Shown one piece after another: positions 45,261 through 53,715 of a DNA stretch of 64,000 nucleotides. The DNA comes from a virus. The position numbers and the translations under genes were made by a program. How positions within the stretch are numbered: the first letter of the stretch is position 1; every line of letters begins with the position of its first letter. Location of the stretch: positions 8,042-72,041 of IMG/VR virus record IMGVR_UViG_3300035682_000025; one strand, given 5' to 3'. The notes under the pieces were generated by a model, which was given only the letters and a program-made list of their open reading frames with translations, did no database searches and was not told where the DNA came from.

Positions 45261-45544
45261 CCCATCAATTCATTCATAGCGCGTTTCCAGTTGTATTCTT
45301 CAACGACTCGTTCTCCGGGTACCTTGGCGTACATGCCCATTGTTCCGACACTGTATACCTTGACAAACTCAGCAAGACCATCACCACCAGTGCGGGTGCG
45401 TTCAAGAGCCATAGCGACCGCATCATTTGGGCAAGTCGTTATGCCGAACACACTATCCCAATCTACAATGGCATATCCGACAAAGTTGGTGTTGGCAGCG
45501 AGGGCGAGAACTTCATTATTCATAGGCGATTCCTTTTCTGACAT
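45257..45544 (-). CDS. Hypothetical protein
   Basis: 95 aa. Confidence 0.4.
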   Translation of the reverse strand: MSEKESPMNNEVLALAANTNFVGYAIVDWDSVFGITTCPNDAVAMALERTRTGGDGLAEFVKVYSVGTMGMYAKVPGERVVEEYNWKRAMNELMG

Positions 45545-45549
45545 GTATA

Positions 45550-45578
45550 GTTATAGACGATTCGATGGGAGCAGTCAA
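45550..45578 (-). promoter_or_regulatory. Conserved early promoter P14
   Basis: Reverse complement reads TTGACTgctcccatcgaatcgtcTATAAC. Confidence 0.55.
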
Positions 45579-45949
45579 CCCCTCATCATCATAACACTGG
45601 TGTACTTTTTGACAAACTCATAGAGACTATCGAAATGAGAAACAACTTCCTCAAGACCACCACTATGTCCACGCTCGTATGCTTCGCTCCAGATCACCTC
45701 AAATTCACCCTCTGACATCGCATAGTCAGACCTAAGCTTTTCCTCAAACTCACGACAAAGTGATGACATTTGAGAATGATAGTAGCTCTTATCTTCTTTA
45801 TATCCGTCGAGCTCGCGATCATAGTATTCAAGAGCATCAGCATAGGCGCGTGCTTCAATCGCAGATGGGCTACGGCCAAGAGTTGGTTTAGTGGGCTTGG
45901 CCGGATACTTCAAGTGACGGCCACTGTAGTAGTCAAAATCATAGCTCAT
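45575..45949 (-). CDS. Hypothetical protein
   Basis: 124 aa. Confidence 0.45.
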   Translation of the reverse strand: MSYDFDYYSGRHLKYPAKPTKPTLGRSPSAIEARAYADALEYYDRELDGYKEDKSYYHSQMSSLCREFEEKLRSDYAMSEGEFEVIWSEAYERGHSGGLEEVVSHFDSLYEFVKKYTSVMMMRG

Positions 45950-45990
45950 TGCGTTTTCCTTAGCCAGAAGTTTAGTTCCATTACAAAGTC

Positions 45991-46019
45991 AATCTACACC
46001 AATTCGGTCTTCATGTCAA
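45991..46019 (-). promoter_or_regulatory. Conserved early promoter P15
   Basis: Reverse complement reads TTGACAtgaagaccgaattggtgTAGATT. Confidence 0.55.
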
Positions 46020-46034
46020 TCGGTATTTTCAATT

Positions 46035-46232
46035 CTACCATCTATATGTAATAACATCTTTGCCGCAATTCGCACAGGTGAATCCTTTCGCCCCATCTGG
46101 CCCACCACCGTAATCAGTACCAGACCAAAGAGTGCGAACATCTTTCGGCACATATTCATTGATAGCACCACACTCTTGGCATGTTGCTTGTTTTACTGTC
46201 TTAGGGTCAAACCCAACTACCTTTGGCATCAC
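46035..46232 (-). CDS. Small zinc-ribbon protein
   Basis: CQEC...CANCG paired CxxC motifs, 65 aa. Confidence 0.4.
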   Translation of the reverse strand: MMPKVVGFDPKTVKQATCQECGAINEYVPKDVRTLWSGTDYGGGPDGAKGFTCANCGKDVITYRW

Positions 46233-46612
46233 TTTTCTCCAAACTGCGCCTTCAGGCGCTCATATTCTTTTCTCTCACGCTCTTCTTTAGCTGACTTTTG
46301 CGTGTCTTCTTGTTTCAGTCGGAACTGATATTCCAGATCAGTCTCATACCGTTCCCCATACAGAACATATGACGGAGAACACGAGCATTCACAAGGACAA
46401 CCACAGTCATTCTTTTCTTCGAATCGCATATTTTGGTATCTGTCTCTGTGTTTCTTTTGCATCTGTTGAAGATGAGAAATAAGCTCGGTCAATTTACCAG
46501 ACGGATAAAGAGTTTCCTTTACCCACCCATAATCAATATATTCGGTATTGCCGTGACGGTACTTGGAAAGTTTTGGTTCAGCACCCACCGGAACGCTAAT
46601 CATCTTTTTCAT
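46229..46612 (-). CDS. Hypothetical Cys-rich protein
   Basis: 127 aa, CGCPCECSC cluster, ATGA-coupled. Confidence 0.45.
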   Translation of the reverse strand: MKKMISVPVGAEPKLSKYRHGNTEYIDYGWVKETLYPSGKLTELISHLQQMQKKHRDRYQNMRFEEKNDCGCPCECSCSPSYVLYGERYETDLEYQFRLKQEDTQKSAKEERERKEYERLKAQFGEK

Positions 46613-47058
46613 TCATCGATTTCCTTATCCAGTTCGCGAACCTTTTGTTGAACTATCCCGGCGATAACTTTACTCCAACGGTTCGCATATGGCAGGTTGA
46701 AGTGATACGCTACATAATCAGCGCCATAATGATAGTCGTTCAGACTAAAGTTCTCGCCCTCTAGTATCCAACGAATAGCAGTTTCTTCGTCCGCAGCACC
46801 AAGGTCAGTTGCAGCATTGATGCGAGCTGAAAATTTCACGACAGCTTCTTCATGCGCTTTGCGATCTTCTTTGATGGAAGCCTCTAGAGCGTCAAGGGCA
46901 TCATCCCAAATGACCTGCTTACGGTCGGCTGATGCCTCATAGAACTCGCAACCGGCCCGAGGGCGGAAGCCGTAAGCATCCTTATGCAGGTCGGAGAACA
47001 TTTCAACCGAAAAGTAATGGATGGTCGTCGTCATGGAGAGTTCCTTTTCATTCCTCAC
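46609..47058 (-). CDS. Hypothetical protein
   Basis: 149 aa, after promoter P16. Confidence 0.45.
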   Translation of the reverse strand: MRNEKELSMTTTIHYFSVEMFSDLHKDAYGFRPRAGCEFYEASADRKQVIWDDALDALEASIKEDRKAHEEAVVKFSARINAATDLGAADEETAIRWILEGENFSLNDYHYGADYVAYHFNLPYANRWSKVIAGIVQQKVRELDKEIDE

Positions 47059-47064
47059 TTTGTC

Positions 47065-47093
47065 AATCTACACCGATTCGGGCTTTATGTCAA
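47065..47093 (-). promoter_or_regulatory. Conserved early promoter P16
   Basis: Reverse complement reads TTGACAtaaagcccgaatcggtgTAGATT. Confidence 0.6.
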
Positions 47094-47156
47094 TAGAAAA
47101 AAGGCGGAAGATTTCTCTCCCGCCCATAATTTTTTCGGTAGTAGTTCCAATAATGA

Positions 47157-48020
47157 TTACTGGTTGACTCCGCCCATATTCATGAATGGAACAGTTTGAC
47201 CGGGAATCATAGTGGTTGGAAGAGCACCGTTCCAGCGTTCAGCCTGCACAAGATCAATGAGCGCCGGGTTGTCACGAAGCGCATCTCCACGAGCACGAAT
47301 GGCACTTGCTTCTGCATCACCAGTCAATGTGATTGCTTCTGCCTCTGCGGTCGCCTGAGCAACACGAGCATCAGCTTCTGCTTGTGCCTGAATCACTTTG
47401 ATTTCGGCCTGAACTTTTTCCCGCTCAGCATTTTGTCGAACTTTCTGAACTTCAACTTCGGCAAGCATTCTTGCTTCAATTGAATTTTCATATGCATCAG
47501 AGAAGTCGATGTTTTCAATCTGAACGGATTCTACAATGATGGGGCCAACAACAGCCTTTTGGATTGCCATCTGGACTTCTGCTGCAAGCCGTTCGCGTTC
47601 CTGAATTGCTGTTGCAGCATTGAATTTACCAAAGACATTTTTTACTTCTTCAAGAACTTGTCGGTCAAGAAGACGAGAGACAACGCCAGCCTCACCACCA
47701 TATTCGCGATAGATAGTCTCAACTTGATCAGCGGGCAGACGATAGTTTACAGACATATTCAGACCTGCTGTCTGTTGGTCCCGCGAATAAGCAAGAATAT
47801 TTTCATACATCTGAGCCTGTGACTGCACAGAAATATCAACAACAGAATCAACGATTGGTAGTTTGAAACCAAGACCCGGTTCAGCTGTTCCGATCACAGC
47901 ACCATTCCGTAGTGCAACACCACGATACCCTTCGTTTACGGTATACCATGACCCACCAAGAATAGTTAGCGCGACAATACCAACAACGACGGCACCACCA
48001 ATTCCAACAACTACATTCAT
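47157..48020 (-). CDS. SPFH/band-7 (prohibitin/HflKC-like) membrane protein
   Basis: N-terminal TM anchor, SPFH domain, Ala/Glu/Gln-rich coiled-coil tail. Start re-assigned to the ATG at 48020 (MNVVVGIGG), RBS GAAAGGAAG. Confidence 0.75.
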   Translation of the reverse strand: MNVVVGIGGAVVVGIVALTILGGSWYTVNEGYRGVALRNGAVIGTAEPGLGFKLPIVDSVVDISVQSQAQMYENILAYSRDQQTAGLNMSVNYRLPADQVETIYREYGGEAGVVSRLLDRQVLEEVKNVFGKFNAATAIQERERLAAEVQMAIQKAVVGPIIVESVQIENIDFSDAYENSIEARMLAEVEVQKVRQNAEREKVQAEIKVIQAQAEADARVAQATAEAEAITLTGDAEASAIRARGDALRDNPALIDLVQAERWNGALPTTMIPGQTVPFMNMGGVNQ

Positions 48021-48102
48021 AACTTTCTTCCTTTCATAATTTTTATATTCGTTCATATCGTTTTGATAATCGAGACTATTTCTATAGTTGGTTCGATCTG
48101 GT

Positions 48103-48288
48103 TTACGCATCTTCATCATCCTCTAGGTCAACAACCTTTGTGATTTCATTTCCGTTTTCGTCTTTTGTCTTGACATAGCGGTACCTACCAGTAGTTCGCT
48201 TGAATGTCAAGTTTTTCATAATCACAAAAGCACCAACTCCAATGAGTGCTGCAATGATGATAATTCCGACAAGTGATAGTGGCATCAT
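48103..48288 (-). CDS. Small single-TM membrane protein (possible SPFH partner)
   Basis: 61 aa, N-terminal TM helix and acidic C-terminus, immediately upstream of the SPFH gene. Confidence 0.45.
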   Translation of the reverse strand: MMPLSLVGIIIIAALIGVGAFVIMKNLTFKRTTGRYRYVKTKDENGNEITKVVDLEDDEDA

Positions 48289-48299
48289 TTTATTTTTCC

Positions 48300-48545
48300 T
48301 TAGATTTCAGTTGCTGGCTCGAATTCGGTTCGAGCAGTTTCAGGAGTACCATAGTATACCCGCCATTTCATGCGGAACTTTTTTCCATTCTCATGTAGGA
48401 AATCTCTTACGAAGAGGCCACAGTCTTCTTGACTCTCAAGCATTTCTTCATCCGATATCGGTTTGAATAATGGATGAGTTTCATCGATAATCTGGTGTAG
48501 ATATGCATCAATTTGTTCAGCAGCAGATGTCATTGTTTTATTCAC
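48300..48545 (-). CDS. Hypothetical protein
   Basis: 81 aa. Confidence 0.4.
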   Translation of the reverse strand: MNKTMTSAAEQIDAYLHQIIDETHPLFKPISDEEMLESQEDCGLFVRDFLHENGKKFRMKWRVYYGTPETARTEFEPATEI

Positions 48546-48579
48546 TGTTGTCGCCTTCTATCAGTTTCATGTTTTTGTA

Positions 48580-48873
48580 TCACGGCATAGCCACGATATT
48601 GTGGTCCCGAAAACGAGAAACGAGGACCACCTCATATCCCTTCAATTCCGGGTGTTTCCGCAGATGCCGAAGGAACGCCCTATACGAGCGACAATCAGCA
48701 TGGGAAGACCCACCGTCTGTCAGGAACTCGCTAGTGACCCACTTCTTTGTCTTGCGGCACAACCAAAGCGATGGATTTCCATCAATACTAAAAGTTGTGA
48801 TTCCCATGAACCAGTGCCGGAGAAATCGGTGACCTTTTGGTGCTTCGAATGTGATATTCATATCAGACCTCAA
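48580..48873 (-). CDS. Hypothetical protein
   Basis: 97 aa. Confidence 0.4.
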   Translation of the reverse strand: MRSDMNITFEAPKGHRFLRHWFMGITTFSIDGNPSLWLCRKTKKWVTSEFLTDGGSSHADCRSYRAFLRHLRKHPELKGYEVVLVSRFRDHNIVAMP

Positions 48874-49279
48874 TCTGGCTTTCCAGCCATTCTACATAGT
48901 TCGTTGCGCCACTTTCTTTGAACCGAGCAATAAGCGCATTCGATTTTTCACCAAGAACAGTGAAGTAGTTTTCGAAGGGCCACAGCGTAGGCGACCCGAA
49001 GTAGATTAGCTCTTGCTTTTTGTACATGTTAGCCTCACGAGCAGTCAAGCAGGCAACACCATCTTTGTTGTAATAGTTGGGGGCTTCGAGCGCAGCGTTG
49101 AATTCGTCAAAATCGGAGTAGTCAAATGTGATTTTGTACATATGTTCATGAACATCAGCATTATCGGTATCTTTTTCTACAATGCTGACAATCCGAGCGC
49201 GCATGGAGTTCTCTGGATAAGCCTCCATCTCTTCAATCTTCGAGGTGAACTGGACATTCTTACCGATGAGGTGTTGCAT
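48863..49279 (-). CDS. Hypothetical protein
   Basis: 138 aa, after promoter P17. Confidence 0.45.
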   Translation of the reverse strand: MQHLIGKNVQFTSKIEEMEAYPENSMRARIVSIVEKDTDNADVHEHMYKITFDYSDFDEFNAALEAPNYYNKDGVACLTAREANMYKKQELIYFGSPTLWPFENYFTVLGEKSNALIARFKESGATNYVEWLESQIEV

Positions 49280-49309
49280 CTGATGTTTCCTTTTCTCTAC
49301 TACATGATC

Positions 49310-49338
49310 AATCTATACCGATTCGGGCATCATGTCAA
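49310..49338 (-). promoter_or_regulatory. Conserved early promoter P17
   Basis: Reverse complement reads TTGACAtgatgcccgaatcggtaTAGATT. Confidence 0.6.
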
Positions 49339-49372
49339 GAAGAAAAATCGATATAATTTATACATTTTCTTC

Positions 49373-49400
49373 TTGACAAATTTTTCATGCCTGGTATAAT
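49373..49400 (+). promoter_or_regulatory. Orphan perfect-consensus sigma70 promoter on the + strand (TTGACA-N16-TATAAT)
   Basis: TTGACAaatttttcatgcctggTATAAT. No + strand ORF downstream. A 14-nt perfect palindrome gcagcttaagctgc (49436-49449) lies 35-50 nt downstream. Confidence 0.5.
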
Positions 49401-49448
49401 TGGATTATCATCCATAAACCAGAAAAGAAGCTGCTGCAGCTTAAGCTG

Positions 49449-49655
49449 CTATTCGAATGTACATTTGCCGCTAAGTGTGATTTCGCCTTTTTGTGCAATA
49501 CATGCTTTCTCTACCTCAGCGTGAGCATTCACCCTTTGCCGACTATCTTCAACAGTACAGTATGCGAGTGGCACTGCCAGTAGAGCAAGTGCCAGTATAG
49601 TTTTCCATTCCATGTTTATTCTCCTATCAAATGTTGCTGAACAGGTCAGCTGCAA
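49449..49655 (-). CDS. Small secreted/lipoprotein-like protein
   Basis: Signal-peptide-like ILALALLAVPLAYC. Likely start is the internal ATG (MEWKTIL). Confidence 0.4.
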   Translation of the reverse strand: MQLTCSATFDRRINMEWKTILALALLAVPLAYCTVEDSRQRVNAHAEVEKACIAQKGEITLSGKCTFE

Positions 49656-49845
49656 AACTTCCCATTTCTTTCAAGCCTGCTTCGTATCCAGCAAGCCAGC
49701 ATTTGTATACCAGCTCCTCTTGATCGCCGCGCAGAAGAGATTCCAGTTCTTCTCGGTTATCTTCAAACCATTCGTCATAAGTCATCAGAACATTCCCTTG
49801 AATAGTTCGTTCACAGTTGCTTTCGCCTCTTGATAGCGAAGCCAT
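49627..49845 (-). CDS. Hypothetical protein (alternative: two coupled sub-60-aa ORFs)
   Basis: 72 aa track ORF. An alternative parse gives a 49-aa ORF plus the MTYDEWFEDN... ORF joined by a TGATG overlap. Confidence 0.3.
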   Translation of the reverse strand: MASLSRGESNCERTIQGNVLMTYDEWFEDNREELESLLRGDQEELVYKCWLAGYEAGLKEMGSFAADLFSNI

Positions 49846-49930
49846 TTGTCAACATCTTCCTTCGTGATCAGACCCATTGCAATGAGGTCATTCAGAGAGA
49901 AGACTTTTCGGTTCGCAAGTTCACTGTTGA

Positions 49931-50182
49931 TCATTTTACTTCAACCTCTCGGTATTGGACTTCAACGACTTCGTAGGCGTGCATGGCACTCTTTGGAAAC
50001 CACTTGCCCTTTAGATAAGCAGATTCTACGGCATGATTTGGAAGATCACAGTATGCTTCATCCATTGTTGGCCACTTAGCAAGAATCGTTACGCCGTCTC
50101 TTCGTGGGCTCCAATCGTCATTCACTTGTTGAATGACGACTTGCCATTCGCAGCGAAAGGTCTTGAATTTGAATTCGCTCAT
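49931..50182 (-). CDS. Hypothetical protein
   Basis: 83 aa, RBS GGAAGTGA. Confidence 0.4.
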   Translation of the reverse strand: MSEFKFKTFRCEWQVVIQQVNDDWSPRRDGVTILAKWPTMDEAYCDLPNHAVESAYLKGKWFPKSAMHAYEVVEVQYREVEVK

Positions 50183-50183
50183 T

Positions 50184-50327
50184 TCACTTCCTCAATTTCA
50201 GCTCAACAAAGAATGTCTTGGTGCGTTTTGCCCAAGCACGAACAGCTTTTTCGTTTTCCGCATGTCGTAGTGTCGTGTGCTTCCGACCAAGATGGTCAGT
50301 CACGAAAGTAACGAGAAAGGTTTTCAT
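50184..50327 (-). CDS. Small basic protein (47 aa), not in track
   Basis: MKTFLVTFVTDHLGRKHTTLRHAENEKAVRAWAKRTKTFFVELKLRK. ATGA-coupled to the upstream gene. Confidence 0.3.
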   Translation of the reverse strand: MKTFLVTFVTDHLGRKHTTLRHAENEKAVRAWAKRTKTFFVELKLRK

Positions 50328-50524
50328 TCCAGCTCCATTTGTGTTCCAGCAAGAACAACGGCATGAACATGCTCAAGTTCTTTGATGAATTGCAAAGCTT
50401 TTGGGTGGCCCTCTGCGGCAAGTCGGTCGATATCATCAAGCATCATTCGAATTTTGATGAAGTTGATGCCGCCGTTGTCATTGATCATTGCGTGAATGTT
50501 CATCAGTTTGTCGATTGATTTCAT
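50324..50524 (-). CDS. Hypothetical protein
   Basis: Start re-assigned to the internal ATG 50524 (ATGA coupling). Confidence 0.35.
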   Translation of the reverse strand: MKSIDKLMNIHAMINDNGGINFIKIRMMLDDIDRLAAEGHPKALQFIKELEHVHAVVLAGTQMELE

Positions 50525-50706
50525 TTTACATTCACCGCAACCACATGGAAGGAATCCCAACGCATTTTCCATTCCTTGTTCAGTTTCATTTCTTCGATTT
50601 CTGCTTCTGCCTTTTCAACAGTAGAGAAGAGGCCGAGGCGTGTCTCTGTGCCACGAGAACCCCAGTCGATCCAGGCACCGGTGCCAATCAATTCAAATAC
50701 AATCAT
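50521..50706 (-). CDS. Hypothetical protein
   Basis: 61 aa. Confidence 0.35.
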   Translation of the reverse strand: MIVFELIGTGAWIDWGSRGTETRLGLFSTVEKAEAEIEEMKLNKEWKMRWDSFHVVAVNVK

Positions 50707-50876
50707 ATCCAGTCTCCGCTACTCGTTGTGCGTACCGCATCCATTTTGTAACCATATAACTCTGATGCTTCAATGAGACTTTCCATAGTATCTACGGCGA
50801 GCTGTTCACTGGTAAACACATTGTAAACCGAGACGACTCCGGTTTTGAGGTATTTCTCAAGAATTATATAGTACAT
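50703..50876 (-). CDS. Small protein (57 aa), not in track
   Basis: MYYIILEKYLKTGVVSVYNVFTSEQLAVDTMESLIEASELYGYKMDAVRTTSSGDWI. RBS GAGGAA. First ORF after promoter P18. ATGA-coupled downstream. Confidence 0.35.
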   Translation of the reverse strand: MYYIILEKYLKTGVVSVYNVFTSEQLAVDTMESLIEASELYGYKMDAVRTTSSGDWI

Positions 50877-50904
50877 GGAAGATTCCTCTTGTTCCTACAA
50901 ATTG

Positions 50905-50933
50905 ACACTACACCGATTCGGAAACATTGTCAA
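50905..50933 (-). promoter_or_regulatory. Conserved early promoter P18
   Basis: Reverse complement reads TTGACAatgtttccgaatcggtgTAGTGTcaat. Confidence 0.6.
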
Positions 50934-50936
50934 CCA

Positions 50937-51509
50937 TCAAAAGCCGTGTTGCTCTTTATACTTCTTGAGCCACACCAGCGCATCTTCTCTCTCTTTTTTC
51001 CATCGCGGAATGTGTTCATCCCATCCGACTTGGCTCGGCCATGTATCTGGCTTGATGTATTCATTGTCTGCTTCTAGCATAGCAATGGCTTCATCGATAG
51101 TTTTGTTGCCTTCTTTGCCGAACGACCCTAGTACTTTAGCAGCTTGATGTTTACCGAGTCCTTTGAGTGTGTCTATACCTAGCCAAGATTCAATATAACA
51201 ACGCATACATGTACAAGGAAAACAGGTGCAATCGCCGCCATGTTGGTCATCAATATAACTGATGTAATCCTGAATTTCTTCGGACTCCACTTCAAGATTA
51301 TAAATTGCAGCCCATTTGCCAGCTATTTTTTTGATTTCCTCTGTGTCAGTAAGGGGAGGGTCAGAGAAATCTCCATTTAGTCGCATATTGAGATTACAAA
51401 GAAGATCGCTATACTGCTCATTCTGATAAGCAGCAAGTATCATCTGTTTATCCCGATCATCAAGTTCGACGGTGGTCCAAAATGGATTTTGATTCCAGTT
51501 GATTTTCAT
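50937..51509 (-). CDS. Hypothetical protein (Cys-rich CTCFPCTCMRC segment)
   Basis: 190 aa. Confidence 0.5.
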   Translation of the reverse strand: MKINWNQNPFWTTVELDDRDKQMILAAYQNEQYSDLLCNLNMRLNGDFSDPPLTDTEEIKKIAGKWAAIYNLEVESEEIQDYISYIDDQHGGDCTCFPCTCMRCYIESWLGIDTLKGLGKHQAAKVLGSFGKEGNKTIDEAIAMLEADNEYIKPDTWPSQVGWDEHIPRWKKEREDALVWLKKYKEQHGF

Positions 51510-51703
51510 TCATCTTGCTCCTCGTAAATATAATCGACTTCATGGCCCTGCAGTTCTTCTAGAATGTAGCGATAAGCATCAGCAGTATTCATAAAGCGCC
51601 GGTCTTCCACTTCTTTGCCGTCAATATAAAGGATAGTTCCATACTCCGTGCAGCAGCCAGGTTCACCACAAGTCCAGTAATAGTCTTTTGTTTCAATTTT
51701 CAT
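51506..51703 (-). CDS. Hypothetical protein
   Basis: 65 aa, ATGA-coupled. Confidence 0.4.
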   Translation of the reverse strand: MKIETKDYYWTCGEPGCCTEYGTILYIDGKEVEDRRFMNTADAYRYILEELQGHEVDYIYEEQDE

Positions 51704-51716
51704 CGATTATTATCCT

Positions 51717-52079
51717 TCAATATGGAATATCGTCTTCATAGTCTTCTTTGACTTGTTTCTTTGGTGGAGCAAGAACCAAGTTTGACTCTTCTCCAGCTTC
51801 ATATCGGACCCTTGCATCTTCAATAACTGCGTTATAATCAAAAATAGACTTGAATGGATCACAAGCCCATGTTAGTACACTTTCTATAATTGTGACTGGA
51901 TTTTTTGTAGATCTTGCATCTTTACATGCTTTGATAATATTATTATTTTCGTCAAAATGTAAAAACCATTCACCGTTCCTTACCCATCCAGTCCAGATTC
52001 CATTTTTATGGTTTACATCATAGCAGTATAGCCATGAATTCGTGCCAAATAAAAATACTTTAGTAGCCACGAGTGTCAC
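51717..52079 (-). CDS. Hypothetical protein
   Basis: 120 aa. Confidence 0.45.
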   Translation of the reverse strand: MTLVATKVFLFGTNSWLYCYDVNHKNGIWTGWVRNGEWFLHFDENNNIIKACKDARSTKNPVTIIESVLTWACDPFKSIFDYNAVIEDARVRYEAGEESNLVLAPPKKQVKEDYEDDIPY

Positions 52080-52335
52080 CTAAGCCCTGATCGCCATTCA
52101 TAATAGTACCGCTCTGTAGCCGAATGGCTCCGTTTGTGGGTAAATCTCTAAATGTAGTTTTCGATTTGACTTTTATATTCAGCTCGACCCTGACTTCATC
52201 GCCAATTTGAAACAACTTGTCGCCGCTATCTTCCCTGAATTGCCCGCTCTTGTAAAGTTCAAGCGGATCTTCAATAATAGAAAGAGCTGTCTCTCCATTT
52301 CCATCCTTTTTCATCAGTAGATATTTCATAACCAA
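52060..52335 (-). CDS. Hypothetical protein
   Basis: 91 aa. Confidence 0.4.
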   Translation of the reverse strand: MVMKYLLMKKDGNGETALSIIEDPLELYKSGQFREDSGDKLFQIGDEVRVELNIKVKSKTTFRDLPTNGAIRLQSGTIMNGDQGLGDTRGY

Positions 52336-52682
52336 TCTCTCCCTATCTTTTTCTCTGGAACATTTGCATCATCAATTGAAATTTCTTCGATATAGAATTC
52401 GTGTTTCAATCCATTGTCATCATCATCTTCGTGATACCATTCAGACCAATAATCATAAACAACACGAAATGATTTGCCATCCTCAAACACAAAATCATGT
52501 GTTTCACTACCACCGCTGTCATAATCCCAATGTCTGATGTGAGCATAAAAGTAATTGCTAATTGAATTTTGATACACATCGCCATGGTCTTCATAATTTT
52601 TATCTGTATACTCAATCCAAGCTTTGGGTATATTACCAATACCAGTTCTATAACGGGTATTCATTGTTGTTGTAAATTTCAT
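52326..52682 (-). CDS. Hypothetical acidic protein
   Basis: 118 aa. Confidence 0.4.
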   Translation of the reverse strand: MKFTTTMNTRYRTGIGNIPKAWIEYTDKNYEDHGDVYQNSISNYFYAHIRHWDYDSGGSETHDFVFEDGKSFRVVYDYWSEWYHEDDDDNGLKHEFYIEEISIDDANVPEKKIGRDWL

Positions 52683-52915
52683 TTTGCATATCTTTGATCA
52701 GTTTCAAGAATTTCAGTTTCGCAAGTAGCAACAAATTGATTTGTTGGAAACACTGAAGCAGCTAAATCATCAATCATTGTTGGATCATTATATGACTGCT
52801 CAATATCCATCATCATCGTTTTTGTCAACACTTCACAATCGTTTAGTGTCTGGCCCTCATATCCAATCTGTAATACCACTGCACCAGCATACCACAATGT
52901 TGCCAAGAATGTCAA
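52679..52915 (-). CDS. Hypothetical protein
   Basis: 78 aa. Confidence 0.35.
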   Translation of the reverse strand: MTFLATLWYAGAVVLQIGYEGQTLNDCEVLTKTMMMDIEQSYNDPTMIDDLAASVFPTNQFVATCETEILETDQRYAK

Positions 52916-52916
52916 G

Positions 52917-53138
52917 TCAATTACTCCTCTTGAATGGTCTAGCCATGCGCATTTGAATCAGCTCATTGGTGATTTCTTTGATACGTGCTTTTGCACTATC
53001 ATCGCCATTTGCCAACTTGGATATAAGTATTTGTCTTTCTCTCTGCAAATCGCCATTCTTAGAGCCAATCCAAAGACCAGGCGCAACTTGATATTGACTA
53101 TTTGTCATTGGTTCGGACTCCTCATTTCTTTCCACCAA
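52917..53138 (-). CDS. Hypothetical protein
   Basis: 73 aa. Confidence 0.35.
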   Translation of the reverse strand: MVERNEESEPMTNSQYQVAPGLWIGSKNGDLQRERQILISKLANGDDSAKARIKEITNELIQMRMARPFKRSN

Positions 53139-53476
53139 GATTCTGCATGTTCTTTATCGTGCCACATAGGATTGTTTGTAAATTCGTCTACATATTCTCT
53201 ACGAGCCTGAACATGACTTACGACTCTTCCGCCAATGACATTAGCAGAAGACCCCGGCTCTTCGTCTGGGCCATACCATCCACACTTCCGTTCTATTTCA
53301 GAAAGTTCTCGGTCTTTATCGTATGGACCTATCTCGGATGCTCTACAATTGTCGCAATGGTATGGTCCACATTGAATCATACCAACACCAATATCAACGA
53401 AGTCAGCTCTACAAACGGTGCCACAATATGGGCACCGTTCTGTTGGTTCATGCTCTCCGTATGTATATCCACTCAT
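53105..53476 (-). CDS. Cys-rich zinc-finger protein
   Basis: CPYCG...C...C..C..CDNC arrangement. Confidence 0.45.
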   Translation of the reverse strand: MSGYTYGEHEPTERCPYCGTVCRADFVDIGVGMIQCGPYHCDNCRASEIGPYDKDRELSEIERKCGWYGPDEEPGSSANVIGGRVVSHVQARREYVDEFTNNPMWHDKEHAESWWKEMRSPNQ

Positions 53477-53715
53477 GATTTCAATTCATCGCAATCATAA
53501 AATTCTTCAACTTCTTTTTGGTAGAAGATATATGTTTTATCTATCCATTCCAGCCATAGAGGAATACCTAAGAAATGCACCCGATTCTGAGCATAATCAT
53601 ATTTGCAGTAGTTCCACCTTGTGTTATCAATAATGGTTTTTGTCTTGCATTTTCCGGTGAGATGCAGACGCTTGATTGACCCATACCGTGACTCGTATGC
53701 AATCATATCAGACAT
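53473..53715 (-). CDS. Hypothetical protein
   Basis: 80 aa. Confidence 0.4.
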   Translation of the reverse strand: MSDMIAYESRYGSIKRLHLTGKCKTKTIIDNTRWNYCKYDYAQNRVHFLGIPLWLEWIDKTYIFYQKEVEEFYDCDELKS

